Shown here: positions 30,921 through 40,849 of the stretch, piece by piece
How positions within the stretch are numbered: the stretch's first letter is position 1
How the letters are laid out: each line of letters begins with the position of its first letter
From: Angustibacter luteus
Lineage (GTDB): Bacteria > Actinomycetota > Actinomycetes > Actinomycetales > Angustibacteraceae
Direction: 5' to 3'
Length of the DNA: 64,000 nt
Assembly (NCBI RefSeq): GCF_039541115.1
Contig: NZ_BAABFP010000007.1
Location: 434,001 to 498,000, forward strand
The notes under the pieces: model-generated
The model's input: only the letters and a program-made list of their open reading frames with translations
Database searches by the model: none
What the model was told of the DNA's origin: nothing
Translations under genes and position numbers: made by a program

Positions 30921-30966
30921 GCCCCGCGCTCGTCCTCACACACACCCAGAACAAGGCAGGCACCTC

Positions 30967-31221
30967 ATGGCACACAAGAAGGGCGCGTCCTCCACGCGCA
31001 ACGGTCGGGACTCCAACTCCCAGCGCCTCGGCGTGAAGCGCTACGGCGGCCAGGTCGTCGGTGCGGGCGAGATCATCGTCCGCCAGCGGGGCACCCACTT
31101 CCACCCGGGCGACGGCGTCGGCCGTGGCGGCGACGACACGCTGTTCGCGCTGGTCGAGGGTGCGGTGACGTTCGGTACCAAGCGTGGTCGCCGCGTCGTC
31201 AGCGTGCTGCCGCCGGCCTGA
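30967..31221 (+). CDS. rpmA: 50S ribosomal protein L27
   Basis: [26 protein letters not shown]. Confidence 0.99.
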   Translation: MAHKKGASSTRNGRDSNSQRLGVKRYGGQVVGAGEIIVRQRGTHFHPGDGVGRGGDDTLFALVEGAVTFGTKRGRRVVSVLPPA

Positions 31222-31243
31222 CCGGCCGCACCAAGATCTCTCG

Positions 31244-31277
31244 CGAGGGGGTGGGCCGATGACGGCCCACCCCCTCG
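31244..31277 (+). terminator. Hairpin after rpmA
   Basis: CGAGGGGGTGGGCCG-atga-CGGCCCACCCCCTCG. Confidence 0.65.
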
Positions 31278-31337
31278 TGGCATGTCCAGCCCAGCCACCC
31301 AGCCCGTAAGGGCTCCGCACCACCCAGGAGGCCAGCG

Positions 31338-32870
31338 ATGACGTCGTTCGTCGACCACGTCGTGCTGCACGTCTCCGCCGGGGACGGTGGGCACGGCTGC
31401 GCCTCGATCCACCGCGAGAAGTTCAAGCCGCTCGGCGGTCCGGACGGCGGGAACGGGGGCCGCGGCGGGGACGTCGTCCTCGTCGTCGACCCGAGCACCA
31501 CGACGCTGCTGGACTACCACCACAGCCCGCACCGCAAGGCCGCCAACGGCAAGCCCGGTCAGGGCTCGCACCGCAGCGGCGCCGAGGGCGGCGACATCGA
31601 GCTGGCCGTGCCGCTGGGCACCGTGGTGAAGGACGCCACGGGCGAGGTGCTGGCCGACCTGGTGACGGCGGGCGAGCGCTTCGTCGTGGCCCGCGGCGGC
31701 CGAGGTGGCCTCGGCAACGCGGCGCTGGCCTCGGCCCGGCGCAAGGCGCCCGGTTTCGCGCTGCTCGGCGAGCCCGGCGACGGCGGGGACGTCGTCCTGG
31801 AGCTCAAGTCGCTGGCGGACGTCGCGCTGGTCGGCTACCCGAGCGCCGGCAAGTCCAGCCTGGTGGCGGCCATGTCCGCCGCGCGGCCGAAGATCGCCGA
31901 CTACCCGTTCACCACGCTGGTGCCGAACCTCGGTGTCGTGCAGGCAGGCGACGTGCGGTTCACCATGGCTGACGTCCCCGGGCTGATCCCGGGCGCGAGC
32001 GAGGGCAAGGGTCTGGGGCTGGAGTTCCTGCGGCACGTGGAGCGCTGCTCCGTGCTGGTGCACGTGATCGACTGCGCCACGCTCGACCCGGGCCGCGACC
32101 CGCTCACCGACCTGGACGTCATCGAGGCCGAGCTCGCCGCCTACACGATCGACGAGACGCTCGGCGGCCGTCCGCTGCAGGAGCGCCCGCGGGTCATCGT
32201 GCTGAACAAGGCGGACGTCCCCGACGCCGTCGAGCTGGCGGACATGGTCCGGCCCGACCTGGAGGCCCGCGGCGTCGCCGTCCACGTCGTCAGCGCCGCC
32301 ACCCACCAGGGCCTGCGCGAGCTGGGCTTCGCGCTCGCCGCGATGGTCCAGGCCGACCGGGACGCGCGAGTCGTCGACGTGGCCCCACGGATCGTGCTGC
32401 GGCCCAAGGCCGTCGACGACACCGGCTTCGTCGTGCACGCCGAGAACACCGCCGACGGGCCGCGCTTCCGGATCGTCGGCGAGCGCCCGCAGCGCTGGGT
32501 GCGGCAGACCGACTTCGCCAACGAGGAGGCCGTCGGCTACCTCGCGGACCGGCTGGCGCGGCTGGGTGTCGAGGAGGCGCTGTTCAAGAAGGGCGCCACC
32601 CCGGGCGCCGAGGTGCTCATCGGTGTCGGCGACGACGCCGTCGTGTTCGACTGGGAGCCCACGATGAGCGCGGGCGCCGAGCTGCTCGCCGGCCCGCGCG
32701 GCACCGACGTGCGGGTCTCGGGGGACGACGTCCGGCCCACCCGGGCCGACAAGCGCGAGGCCCTGGAGCGGCTGCGGGACGCCCGCGAGAGCGCCCGCGA
32801 GGAGCTCGCCGCCGAACGCAAGGCCGGCCGCTGGACCGACCCAGAGGCCGACCCCGTCGAGGACGCCTGA
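31338..32870 (+). CDS. obgE: GTPase ObgE
   Basis: Gly-rich Obg fold, [22 protein letters not shown]-terminal OCT domain. Confidence 0.97.
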   Translation: MTSFVDHVVLHVSAGDGGHGCASIHREKFKPLGGPDGGNGGRGGDVVLVVDPSTTTLLDYHHSPHRKAANGKPGQGSHRSGAEGGDIELAVPLGTVVKDATGEVLADLVTAGERFVVARGGRGGLGNAALASARRKAPGFALLGEPGDGGDVVLELKSLADVALVGYPSAGKSSLVAAMSAARPKIADYPFTTLVPNLGVVQAGDVRFTMADVPGLIPGASEGKGLGLEFLRHVERCSVLVHVIDCATLDPGRDPLTDLDVIEAELAAYTIDETLGGRPLQERPRVIVLNKADVPDAVELADMVRPDLEARGVAVHVVSAATHQGLRELGFALAAMVQADRDARVVDVAPRIVLRPKAVDDTGFVVHAENTADGPRFRIVGERPQRWVRQTDFANEEAVGYLADRLARLGVEEALFKKGATPGAEVLIGVGDDAVVFDWEPTMSAGAELLAGPRGTDVRVSGDDVRPTRADKREALERLRDARESAREELAAERKAGRWTDPEADPVEDA

Positions 32871-32889
32871 CCATGACCGGCACGCGGCG

Positions 32890-34026
32890 ATGAGCGGGTC
32901 TGCCGCGTCGCTGCGCGCCCGCGCGGACCTGCGCACGGCCGGGCGGATCGTGGTGAAGGTGGGCTCGAGCTCGCTGACCACCTCCGAGGGCAAGGTGGAC
33001 GACGAGCGGGTGCTCGCGCTGGTCGACGCCCTGGCCGTCCGGCGCGCCGCCGGCACCGAGGTGGTGCTGGTGTCCTCGGGCGCGATCGCCGCCGGGCTAG
33101 ACCCGCTCGGGCTGCCGAGGCGCCCCCGTGACCTGGCCACCCAGCAGGCGGCGGCCAGCGTCGGTCAGGGCCTGCTGGTGGCCCGGTACACGGCGGCGTT
33201 CGGCCGGCACGGCATCGGCGTCGGGCAGGTCCTGCTCACCGCCGAGGACGTGATCCGCCGCACCCACTACGTGAATGCCCGGCGCACCCTCTACCGGCTG
33301 CTGCAGCTCGGCGTGGTGCCCGTGGTGAACGAGAACGACACCGTGGCCACCGACGAGATCCGGTTCGGCGACAACGACCGGCTCGCCGCGCTCGTCGCCC
33401 ACCTGGTGCACGCGGACGCGCTCGTGCTGCTCACCGACGTCGACGGGCTGTACGACCGGGCGCCGTCGAAGCCGGGCGCGCGCCGGATCGACGTCGTCGC
33501 CGGCCCGCAGGACCTGGCCGGGGTGTCGCTGGGCACCCCGGGCAGCCGGATCGGCACGGGCGGCATGGTGACCAAGGTCGAGGCGGCGTCGATCGCGACG
33601 ACCGCGGGCATCGCCACGGTGCTCACGAGCGCGGCCCAGGTGGCGCCGGCGCTGGAGGGTCAGGACGTCGGCACCTGGTTCGCGCCGACCGGCTCGCGGC
33701 GGGCCAGCCGGCTGCTCTGGCTCGCCCACGCGAGCCTGGCTCGGGGGCGGCTCGTGCTGGACGACGGGGCGGTCGCGGCGGTGGTCGAGCGCCGCATGTC
33801 GCTGCTCCCGGCCGGATTGGTGTCCGTCGAAGGGCAGTTCGACGCCGGAGATCCGGTAGACCTGTGTGATCAAAAGGGTCACGTCGTGGCCCGCGGACTG
33901 GTGAACTATGGAGCGGGGGAGCTACCCGGCCTGCTGGGGCGCTCCACGCACGAGCTTGCTGCCGAGCTCGGACCCGCCTACGAGCGCGAGGTCGTCCACC
34001 GCGACGACCTGGTGCTGCTGCACTGA
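32890..34026 (+). CDS. proB: Glutamate 5-kinase
   Basis: VVKVGSSSL, VSSGA, NENDTV, FGDNDRL, GTGGMVTK; PUA domain. Confidence 0.97.
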   Translation: MSGSAASLRARADLRTAGRIVVKVGSSSLTTSEGKVDDERVLALVDALAVRRAAGTEVVLVSSGAIAAGLDPLGLPRRPRDLATQQAAASVGQGLLVARYTAAFGRHGIGVGQVLLTAEDVIRRTHYVNARRTLYRLLQLGVVPVVNENDTVATDEIRFGDNDRLAALVAHLVHADALVLLTDVDGLYDRAPSKPGARRIDVVAGPQDLAGVSLGTPGSRIGTGGMVTKVEAASIATTAGIATVLTSAAQVAPALEGQDVGTWFAPTGSRRASRLLWLAHASLARGRLVLDDGAVAAVVERRMSLLPAGLVSVEGQFDAGDPVDLCDQKGHVVARGLVNYGAGELPGLLGRSTHELAAELGPAYEREVVHRDDLVLLH

Positions 34027-34061
34027 GCACGCCGAAAGGGCGTGCGATTGGGGAGGACCGC

Positions 34062-34433
34062 GTGGCGAGAGGCGTCGACGGCACATCGACGAGCGGACTG
34101 CCGCTGTGGCACGTCACGCTCACGGTGGCGGGGGAGGCGGTGACGGCCGCCGAGCTGCGCACGGGGCTCGAGCGCCTCGTCGAGGAACGGCCCTTCATGC
34201 TCGCCGTCAAGTACTCGGCCGACCGCGCCGAGCTGCGGTACTGGGACGAGGCCGAGGACGTCGACGACGCCGCGGCGCTCGCCCTGCGGATCTGGGGGGA
34301 CCACCGGGCGAGCTGCGAGCTGCCGGCCTGGCGGGTCGTCGGCATCGAGGTGATCGACCGCGAGACCGTGCACGTGCGCGGCGTCGAGCGCCCGCAGACG
34401 CCGCTGATCGTCGCCGGCGTCGCCCCCTTCTGA
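34062..34433 (+). CDS. Conserved hypothetical protein between proB and proA
   Basis: SD GGGAGG, GC3-rich. LWHVTL...RYWDEA...ALRIWG.HR...LP.W.VVG.EVIDR resembles, from memory, the gene at this position in Streptomyces. Confidence 0.75.
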   Translation: MARGVDGTSTSGLPLWHVTLTVAGEAVTAAELRTGLERLVEERPFMLAVKYSADRAELRYWDEAEDVDDAAALALRIWGDHRASCELPAWRVVGIEVIDRETVHVRGVERPQTPLIVAGVAPF

Positions 34434-34456
34434 CCCGTCCCGCGTAGCCTGGGCGC

Positions 34457-35713
34457 ATGGATGTCCTCGCGGCCTGCCGCAACGCGAAGCTCGCCAGTCG
34501 CGCCGTCCGCCCGCTGACCCGCGCCGACAAGGACGCGCTGCTGCTCGCGATGGCCGACGCGCTCGTGGACCAGACCGCGGTGATCGTGCGCGCCAACGAC
34601 GAGGACGTCGCCCGTGGCCGCGCGGAGGGGCTGTCCGAGGGACTGGTCGACCGGCTCCGGCTGGACGACGACCGGGTCGCCGCCGTGGCCCAGGCCCTGC
34701 GCGACCTGGCCGCGCTGCCCGACCCGGTCGGCGAGGTGGTCCGTGGTGAGCGCCTCGCCAACGGCCTCGAGGTGCGCCAGACCCGGGTGCCGATGGGCGT
34801 CGTCGCGATGGTCTACGAGGCCCGTCCGAACGTCACGGTGGATGCCGCCGGGCTCGCCCTGAAGAGCGGCAACGCGGTGGTGCTGCGCGGTGGATCCGCT
34901 GCGGCGCAGTCGAATGCGGCGCTCGTCGCGGTGCTGCGGTCCGTGCTGTCAGACGCCGGACTGCCGCCCGACGCGGTCACCCTGATCGACGGCGGCGGAC
35001 GCGAGGCGGTCAAGCACCTGATGACCGCGCGCGGGCTGGTCGACGTGCTGATCCCGCGCGGTGGCGCAGAGCTGATCCGCACCGTGGTCGAAGGCTCGAC
35101 GGTGCCGGTCATCGAGACGGGGGTCGGCAACTGTCACGTGTACGTCGACGCCGCTGCTGACCTCGAGCGTGCCCTGGCCATCGCGCTGAACTCCAAGACC
35201 CACCGGCCCAGCGTGTGCAACGCGGCCGAGACGCTGCTGGTGCACGAGTCCGTGGCGGGCTCGTTCCTGGCTGCGGCCATCCCCGCGCTGGACGCCGCCG
35301 GGGTCACGTTGCACGGGGACTCGCAGACGGTGCGGGCCGGCCTGGCCGCCGGGATCGACGTCGTCGCGGCGGACGACGAGGACTGGGCCCGCGAGTACCT
35401 CTCGCTCGACCTCGCCGTCCGGGTGGTCGAGAGCCTGGACGACGCGATCGCGCACATCGACCGCTGGTCCAGCGGCCACACGGAGGCGATCGTCACCGAC
35501 GACCTCACGGCGAGCCGCCGCTTCGTCGCGGCCGTCGACTCGGCTGCCGTCATGGTGAACGCCTCGACCCGGTTCACCGACGGCGGCCAGCTCGGCCTGG
35601 GCGCCGAGATCGGCATCTCCACGCAGAAGCTGCACGCCCGTGGGCCGATGGGCCTCGCCGAGCTGACCACCACGACGTGGGTGGTCACCGGCGAGGGTCA
35701 CGTCCGGGACTGA
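34457..35713 (+). CDS. proA: Glutamate-5-semialdehyde dehydrogenase
   Basis: [50 protein letters not shown]. Confidence 0.97.
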   Translation: MDVLAACRNAKLASRAVRPLTRADKDALLLAMADALVDQTAVIVRANDEDVARGRAEGLSEGLVDRLRLDDDRVAAVAQALRDLAALPDPVGEVVRGERLANGLEVRQTRVPMGVVAMVYEARPNVTVDAAGLALKSGNAVVLRGGSAAAQSNAALVAVLRSVLSDAGLPPDAVTLIDGGGREAVKHLMTARGLVDVLIPRGGAELIRTVVEGSTVPVIETGVGNCHVYVDAAADLERALAIALNSKTHRPSVCNAAETLLVHESVAGSFLAAAIPALDAAGVTLHGDSQTVRAGLAAGIDVVAADDEDWAREYLSLDLAVRVVESLDDAIAHIDRWSSGHTEAIVTDDLTASRRFVAAVDSAAVMVNASTRFTDGGQLGLGAEIGISTQKLHARGPMGLAELTTTTWVVTGEGHVRD

Positions 35714-35715
35714 CC

Positions 35716-36084
35716 GTGGCGACCAACGACGACCTGGGCCGCATCGCACTGGCCCTGCCCGAGGCGGAGCAGACGCCGGGCGACCCGCTCTTCACGGTGC
35801 GCGGCAAGCAGTTCGTCTGGACGTGGCGCGAACGGGTGCACCCGAAGAAGACCAAGGTGCCGCGCCCCGACGTCCTCGCGGTGCGCGTCCCCGACCTGCC
35901 GGACAAGGGCGCCCTGATCGCCAGTGACCCCGAGGCGTTCTTCACCGAGCCGCACTACGACGGTTACGCGGTCGTGCTGGTGCGACTCCCCGTCGTCGGC
36001 GTCGACGCGCTGACCGAGGTCGTCACCGACTCGTACCGGTGCGTGGCGCCGCCCGGCCTGGTGCAGGAGCTGGCGGCCGACTAG
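35716..36084 (+). CDS. MmcQ/YjbR family protein
   Basis: IALALPE...F.VRGKQF...FFTEPHYDGY..VLVRL...EVVTDSYR..AP. Confidence 0.85.
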   Translation: MATNDDLGRIALALPEAEQTPGDPLFTVRGKQFVWTWRERVHPKKTKVPRPDVLAVRVPDLPDKGALIASDPEAFFTEPHYDGYAVVLVRLPVVGVDALTEVVTDSYRCVAPPGLVQELAAD

Positions 36085-36130
36085 GTGGCGGCCGACTCGG
36101 TGGCGGCCGGCTAGGTGGCCGCCGGGCGGC
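36071..36130 (+). repeat. 15-bp tandem repeat (3 copies plus 1 degenerate) spanning the MmcQ stop codon
   Basis: tggcggccgactagg / tggcggccgactcgg / tggcggccggctagg / tggccgccgggcggc. Confidence 0.8.
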
Positions 36131-36148
36131 CTGGCAGGATGCACGCCT

Positions 36149-36841
36149 GTGGAAGCAACCGAGGTGCGCAAGCTGGCCGAGCTCGAGGACACCCACTGGT
36201 GGTACCGGGAGCGCCGGCACCTGCTGGCCCGCGAGCTGCGTGGCCTGCGTCCGGGGACGGCGCTGGATGTCGGCGCCGCCGGCGGCGGGAACACCCGGGT
36301 GCTGCGCGACCTGGGCTGGCGCGCCACCGCGCTGGAGTACGGCGCCGAGGGAGCGGGCGTCGCGCAGGAGCGCGGCCTGGCCACCCTGCGCGGCGACGCG
36401 ACGGCGCTGCCGGTGGCCGACGCGAGCCTGGACCTCGTCGTCGCCTTCGACGTCCTGGAGCACATCGAGGACGACGACGCCGCGGTGCGCGAGGTGCTGC
36501 GGGCGCTGCGTCCGGGCGGGCACTACATCGTCGCCGTGCCGTGCGACCCGAAGCTGTGGTCCGCGCACGACGAGGCCGTCGGGCACGTGCGCCGGTACAC
36601 CCGACCCACCCTGACCACGCTCCTGGTGCGCAACGGCTTCGCCATCGGCCCGGTTCGTTCCTGGAACGTGCTGCTCCGCCCGGTCGTGGCGGTCCGGCGG
36701 CGCAGCAGCAGCGGCAGCGACCTCGAGCAGCTGCCCGGCATCGTGAACCACGGGCTGCGCGCGGTGATCACCGCGGAGCGCTACCTGCCGGTGCGTTCGC
36801 TGCCCGGCGTCTCGCTGCTGGTGGCGGCCCGACGTCCCTGA
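36149..36841 (+). CDS. Class I SAM-dependent methyltransferase
   Basis: HWWY..RR, LDVGAAGG, DLVVAFDVLEH, WSAHD..VGHVRRY. Confidence 0.9.
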   Translation: MEATEVRKLAELEDTHWWYRERRHLLARELRGLRPGTALDVGAAGGGNTRVLRDLGWRATALEYGAEGAGVAQERGLATLRGDATALPVADASLDLVVAFDVLEHIEDDDAAVREVLRALRPGGHYIVAVPCDPKLWSAHDEAVGHVRRYTRPTLTTLLVRNGFAIGPVRSWNVLLRPVVAVRRRSSSGSDLEQLPGIVNHGLRAVITAERYLPVRSLPGVSLLVAARRP

Positions 36842-37773
36842 TCGGGCGTTGTCGCCGCGAGCGAGTCGTAGGCGACGAAGTACGACGGCCGGCCCTGCAT
36901 CTGGGTGTACATCCGCCCGACGTACTCACCGAGCATCCCGAGGCAGAGCAGCTGCACGGCGCCCACGGCGGCCACCGCGACGAACGTGGACGTCCAGCCG
37001 GGCGTGGTGTGCCCGGTCAGGAACGACCCGAGGGCGTAGACCAGCAGCGCGAGCGCGGCGACCCCGCCGACCAGGCCGAACCAGGTGGCCAGTCGCAAGG
37101 GCGCGGTGGAGAAGCCGGTGATGCTGTCGACGCTGAGCCGCAGCATCTTGGTGAACGGGTACTTCGAGCGACCGGCGGCCCGGGCGGCGCGCTGGTACCC
37201 CACCTCGGCGCTGGGGAAGCCCAGGGCCGGGACGACCAGCCGCAGCACCCGGTGGTGCTCCGGCAGCACGTTGACCGCGTCGACGGTCGCCCGGCTCATC
37301 AACCGGAAGTCTCCGGCGTGGGAGGGGCCACTGGTCCGCCCGATCCGGCCCATGACGCGGTAGAACGCGCTGGCCGTGCCGCGCTTGAACACCGAGTCGG
37401 TGCTGCGGTCCGTACGCACCCCGTAGACGACGTCCACGCCTTGCGAGCGTGCGGCCTGCAGCATCGCGGCGATGGACTCCGGCGGGTCCTGCAGGTCGGC
37501 GTCGATGCTCACCACCCAGTCACCGCGGGCCCGCGCCAGCCCGGCGGACAACGCCGCCTGGTGGCCGCTGTTGGCCCGCAACCGCACGACCCGCACGGCC
37601 GGCCACTCGCGCCGGATCCGCTCCAGCAGCACCGGCGTGGCGTCCTTGCTGCCGTCGTCGACGACCAGGACCTCGTACGTCTCGCCGATGTCGTCCAGCA
37701 CCGGGCGCAGCTGCTCGGTGAACAACGGCAGCACCTCGGCCTCGTCGTAGACGGGGACGACGACGGACAGCAC
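36781..37773 (-). CDS. Glycosyltransferase family 2 (GtrB/polyprenol-phosphate glycosyltransferase-like)
   Basis: SVVVPVYDE, VDDGSKD, IDADLQDPP, GDFRLMSR, two C-terminal TM helices. Confidence 0.92.
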   Translation of the reverse strand: MLSVVVPVYDEAEVLPLFTEQLRPVLDDIGETYEVLVVDDGSKDATPVLLERIRREWPAVRVVRLRANSGHQAALSAGLARARGDWVVSIDADLQDPPESIAAMLQAARSQGVDVVYGVRTDRSTDSVFKRGTASAFYRVMGRIGRTSGPSHAGDFRLMSRATVDAVNVLPEHHRVLRLVVPALGFPSAEVGYQRAARAAGRSKYPFTKMLRLSVDSITGFSTAPLRLATWFGLVGGVAALALLVYALGSFLTGHTTPGWTSTFVAVAAVGAVQLLCLGMLGEYVGRMYTQMQGRPSYFVAYDSLAATTPDQGRRAATSSETPGSERTGR

Positions 37774-37894
37774 AGGCGCGTCGATGACTGCTCCTTCGAG
37801 GACGGTCGGGGCCTTCTGTCAGACTGTACGCGGACGAGCCCATCACCGACCGCGCGTCGGGCCCCCACGCCCGCGCTGCAACGAGGAGCCCACG

Positions 37895-38050
37895 ATGTCG
37901 CAGGCCCTGGTCCTGGCGGCCACCACGCCCGAGCACCACACCGAGCTGCCGCTGCCGCCGTTGATGTACGGCGTGATCGCGATCACGGTGTTCATCGCGC
38001 TCCTCGGCCTGGTCTGGACCTTCCGCGGCAGCTCCAACAAGCACCACTGA
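37895..38050 (+). CDS. Small membrane protein (51 aa) upstream of nadD
   Basis: SD GAGGAG then ATG 37895; [51 protein letters not shown] with one TM helix. Confidence 0.75.
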   Translation: MSQALVLAATTPEHHTELPLPPLMYGVIAITVFIALLGLVWTFRGSSNKHH

Positions 38051-38060
38051 GCCCGACCAG

Positions 38061-38681
38061 ATGACCCCGGCGGACGGCGTGCGACGTCGGCTGGGCGTGA
38101 TGGGCGGCACCTTCGACCCGATCCACCACGGCCACCTGGTGGCGGCCAGCGAGGTGTCCAGCGGGTTCGGTCTGGACGAGGTCGTGTTCGTCCCGACCGG
38201 CCAGCCCTGGCAGAAGGACCAGCGGGCGGTCAGCCCCGCCGAGCTGCGGTACCTGATGACGGTGATCGCCACCGCCTCCAACCCCGGTTTCACCGTCAGC
38301 CGGGTGGACGTCGACCGTCCGGGTCCGACGTACACGATCGACACGCTGCGTGACCTGCACGCCCAGCACCCCGACGCCGACCTGTTCTTCATCACCGGCG
38401 CGGACGCGCTGGCCGAGATCCTGTCCTGGAAGGACGTCGACGAGCTGTTCGAGCTCGCCCAGTTCGTCGCGGTGACCCGCCCCGGGCACGAGCTGAGCGG
38501 CGCGGGGCTCCCGGCGGACCGGGTGACGCTGTTCGAGGTGCCTGCCATGGCCATCTCGTCCACCGCCTGCCGGGAGCGGGTTCGGACCGGAATGCCGGTT
38601 TGGTACCTGGTCCCCGACGGTGTCGTCCAGTTCATCGGAAAATATGGGCTCTACCGAACGGGTGAATCTGCCGAGAGATAG
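38061..38681 (+). CDS. nadD: Nicotinate-nucleotide adenylyltransferase
   Basis: [36 protein letters not shown]. Confidence 0.97.
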   Translation: MTPADGVRRRLGVMGGTFDPIHHGHLVAASEVSSGFGLDEVVFVPTGQPWQKDQRAVSPAELRYLMTVIATASNPGFTVSRVDVDRPGPTYTIDTLRDLHAQHPDADLFFITGADALAEILSWKDVDELFELAQFVAVTRPGHELSGAGLPADRVTLFEVPAMAISSTACRERVRTGMPVWYLVPDGVVQFIGKYGLYRTGESAER

Positions 38682-38684
38682 AGG

Positions 38685-40385
38685 GTGGCAGATCTGCTCG
38701 TCTCCGGTGGCGACACCGAGCGTCCCTGGCAGCGCGTCCAGCCGGACCCTGACGGAGCCCCCGTGGGCGCCCTCAGCGGCTCGGCCGCGACGCCGACCCT
38801 GCATGCGCCCGACGACCCGCCCGACGACCCGGCCGGCGATCCCGGCGCAGGTCGTGGCATCGCGATCGCCGACGTCCCCGACTGGGTCGTCGAGCGGGTC
38901 GACCTGGTGACCTACCCGACGCGGATGGCTCGCCGTCGGGCGCTCGAGCAGGCCCAGGTCACCGACGGCTGGCAGCCCGACCCGCTGATCACCCCGCCGG
39001 TGCTCAACCTGGTCGAGGACGAGCTGTCGCGCGTGCTCGGCCGTCAGTACGAGCCCACCATGCAGCCCGAGCCCGACCCCCAGCCCGAGCCCGACCCCCA
39101 GCCCGAACCCGAGCCCCAGCCCGAGCCCCAGCTGGACATCCCCGCCCAGGCCGGGCCGCCGTCGTCCAGCCGCGCGACGCGGCCGGACCTGCTGCCCTCG
39201 GTCGCCCGCTCCCAGCGCGGCGCGCGTCGCCGGTCGCAGCGGCGCCGGTTGGCCGTGATCGCCGGCGCCGTCGCGGCGGTGCTCGCCGCCGTCGCGTCCG
39301 TGGTCGTGCTCACCCACGGGAGCTCCGACAAACCTGACGGCGCCGGCGCCGCCGCGGCGCCGTCCCAGCAGGTCGTGGCCCTCGCGCTGTCCGCGGGTGA
39401 CCAGCTGACCGGGGTGTCGCTGCTCGCGGCCGGCCAGGGCGGGGCTCAGCAGGTGCTCGTCCCCAGCCGACTGCTTCTCGACGTCCCGGGGGCCGGCCGG
39501 CTCCCGGTGTCCCGCTCGCTCGCCCCCGGCGCCTCGGCCCCCGGTGCGGCGGTCGCCGACGCCCTGGACATCCGGGTCGCCGGCACGTGGGTGCTCAGCA
39601 CGTCCGCGCTGGCCACCCTGGTGGACAGCGTCGGCGGCGTCAGCGTCGACGTCGACGTCGACGTCCCGAAGGGCTCCGGCGAGGGCGCCGCGATCGTGGC
39701 GTCCGCCGGCGACGACCAGCGGCTCAACGGCGCACAGGCCGCCGCGTACGCGCAGCTCCTGGTGGGCGACGAGCCCGAGGCCGTCCGGCTGGCCCGCCAG
39801 GAGCGGGTCGTGACCGCCCTGCTGGCCGCTCTGCCGGAGGACGACGCCCGTCGCCGCGCGTTCCTGGTCGGGCTGCCGGGGGCTCCGACGTCCGACGTGC
39901 TCAACGCCGTGGTCGCGGTCACCGGTGGGCTGCGCGAGGCGGCCGCGAGCAACGCGCTGCCCTCCACCGTGCTCCCCGTGCGCGACATCGACACCGGCGG
40001 TGACATCACCGCCTACGGGCTGGACGACGCGGCGGCTGCGGACGTGGTCAAGAGCCGGCTCGCCGGCGCACTGGTGCCCGTCCCGGCCGGCGGTCGGCTG
40101 ATCGTGCTGGTGCAGAACGGTGTCGGTAGCCCGGGTCTGGGTGACACGGCCCGGTCGAAGCTCGTCGCCCACGGCCTGAAGTACAAGGGCGGCGGCAACA
40201 TCCAGGGTTTCGGCGTCACGCAGAGCGTGGTGCTGATCCCGGACGGGTCGTCCACCAGCCGGGCCAGGGGCCTCGCGGTCGCGCAGGCTCTGGGGCTCAC
40301 CGAGTCGGCGCTGCGCCTGTCGGACTCGATGCCGTCCGTCGCGGACGTCGTCGCCGTGCTTGGGGCGGACTTCGCCCGGACGTAG
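38685..40385 (+). CDS. LCP-like envelope protein with C-terminal LytR_C domain
   Basis: PEPDPQ repeats, TM helix, LVDSVGGVSVDVD...Q.LNG.QA..Y....RLARQ, C-terminal VLVQNGVG.PGL...VLGADF. Usual nadD-rsfS position. Confidence 0.75.
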   Translation: MADLLVSGGDTERPWQRVQPDPDGAPVGALSGSAATPTLHAPDDPPDDPAGDPGAGRGIAIADVPDWVVERVDLVTYPTRMARRRALEQAQVTDGWQPDPLITPPVLNLVEDELSRVLGRQYEPTMQPEPDPQPEPDPQPEPEPQPEPQLDIPAQAGPPSSSRATRPDLLPSVARSQRGARRRSQRRRLAVIAGAVAAVLAAVASVVVLTHGSSDKPDGAGAAAAPSQQVVALALSAGDQLTGVSLLAAGQGGAQQVLVPSRLLLDVPGAGRLPVSRSLAPGASAPGAAVADALDIRVAGTWVLSTSALATLVDSVGGVSVDVDVDVPKGSGEGAAIVASAGDDQRLNGAQAAAYAQLLVGDEPEAVRLARQERVVTALLAALPEDDARRRAFLVGLPGAPTSDVLNAVVAVTGGLREAAASNALPSTVLPVRDIDTGGDITAYGLDDAAAADVVKSRLAGALVPVPAGGRLIVLVQNGVGSPGLGDTARSKLVAHGLKYKGGGNIQGFGVTQSVVLIPDGSSTSRARGLAVAQALGLTESALRLSDSMPSVADVVAVLGADFART

Positions 40386-40462
40386 CGGTCGCCGGCTCGT
40401 GAGAGGCTAGGGGCGCGCGCGGCCGGGTCCCCGGCCCGCCTCCTGACCCGCAAGGAGTACCG

Positions 40463-40849
40463 GTGCCAGCCTCCGATCGTGCCCGCGAGCTCGTGCTCGC
40501 CGCCGCGCACGCGGCCGCGGACAAGCTCGCCACCGACGTGGTGGCCATCGACGTCAGCGAGCAGCTCGTCATCACCGACGCGTTCCTGGTGGCCTCGGCA
40601 CCCAACGACCGCCAGGTCGGCGCGATCGTCGACGCCGTCGAGGAGGCGCTGCGCGCTCACGACGCCAAGCCGCTGCGCCGTGAGGGCGAGCGGGACGGAC
40701 GTTGGGTGCTGCTCGACTACGCCGAGGTCGTCGTGCACGTCCAGCACGACGAGGAACGCACCTACTACGCGCTCGAGCGGCTCTGGAAGGACTGCCCGTT
40801 GATCGAGCTCCCCGAGGAGGCTCGGGGCCGGAAGCGGACGGACGCGTGA
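40463..40849 (+). CDS. rsfS: Ribosome silencing factor RsfS
   Basis: DKLATD...IDVS...ITD.F, REG....WVLLDY..VVVHV...R.YY.LERLW. Confidence 0.96.
   Translation: MPASDRARELVLAAAHAAADKLATDVVAIDVSEQLVITDAFLVASAPNDRQVGAIVDAVEEALRAHDAKPLRREGERDGRWVLLDYAEVVVHVQHDEERTYYALERLWKDCPLIELPEEARGRKRTDA

Noticed and set aside
34027..34045. GCCGAAAG before the proB-proA hypothetical gene as another sigma-28 promoter
   Set aside because: No TCAAG-like -35 at the 15-nt spacing; better explained by the hairpin GCACGCC...GGCGTGC.
39062..39132. PEPDPQ repeats, and short repeats at the comEC start, the plsY end and 44100-44130
   Set aside because: Ordinary low-complexity linkers or microsatellite-like slippage with no further structure visible.
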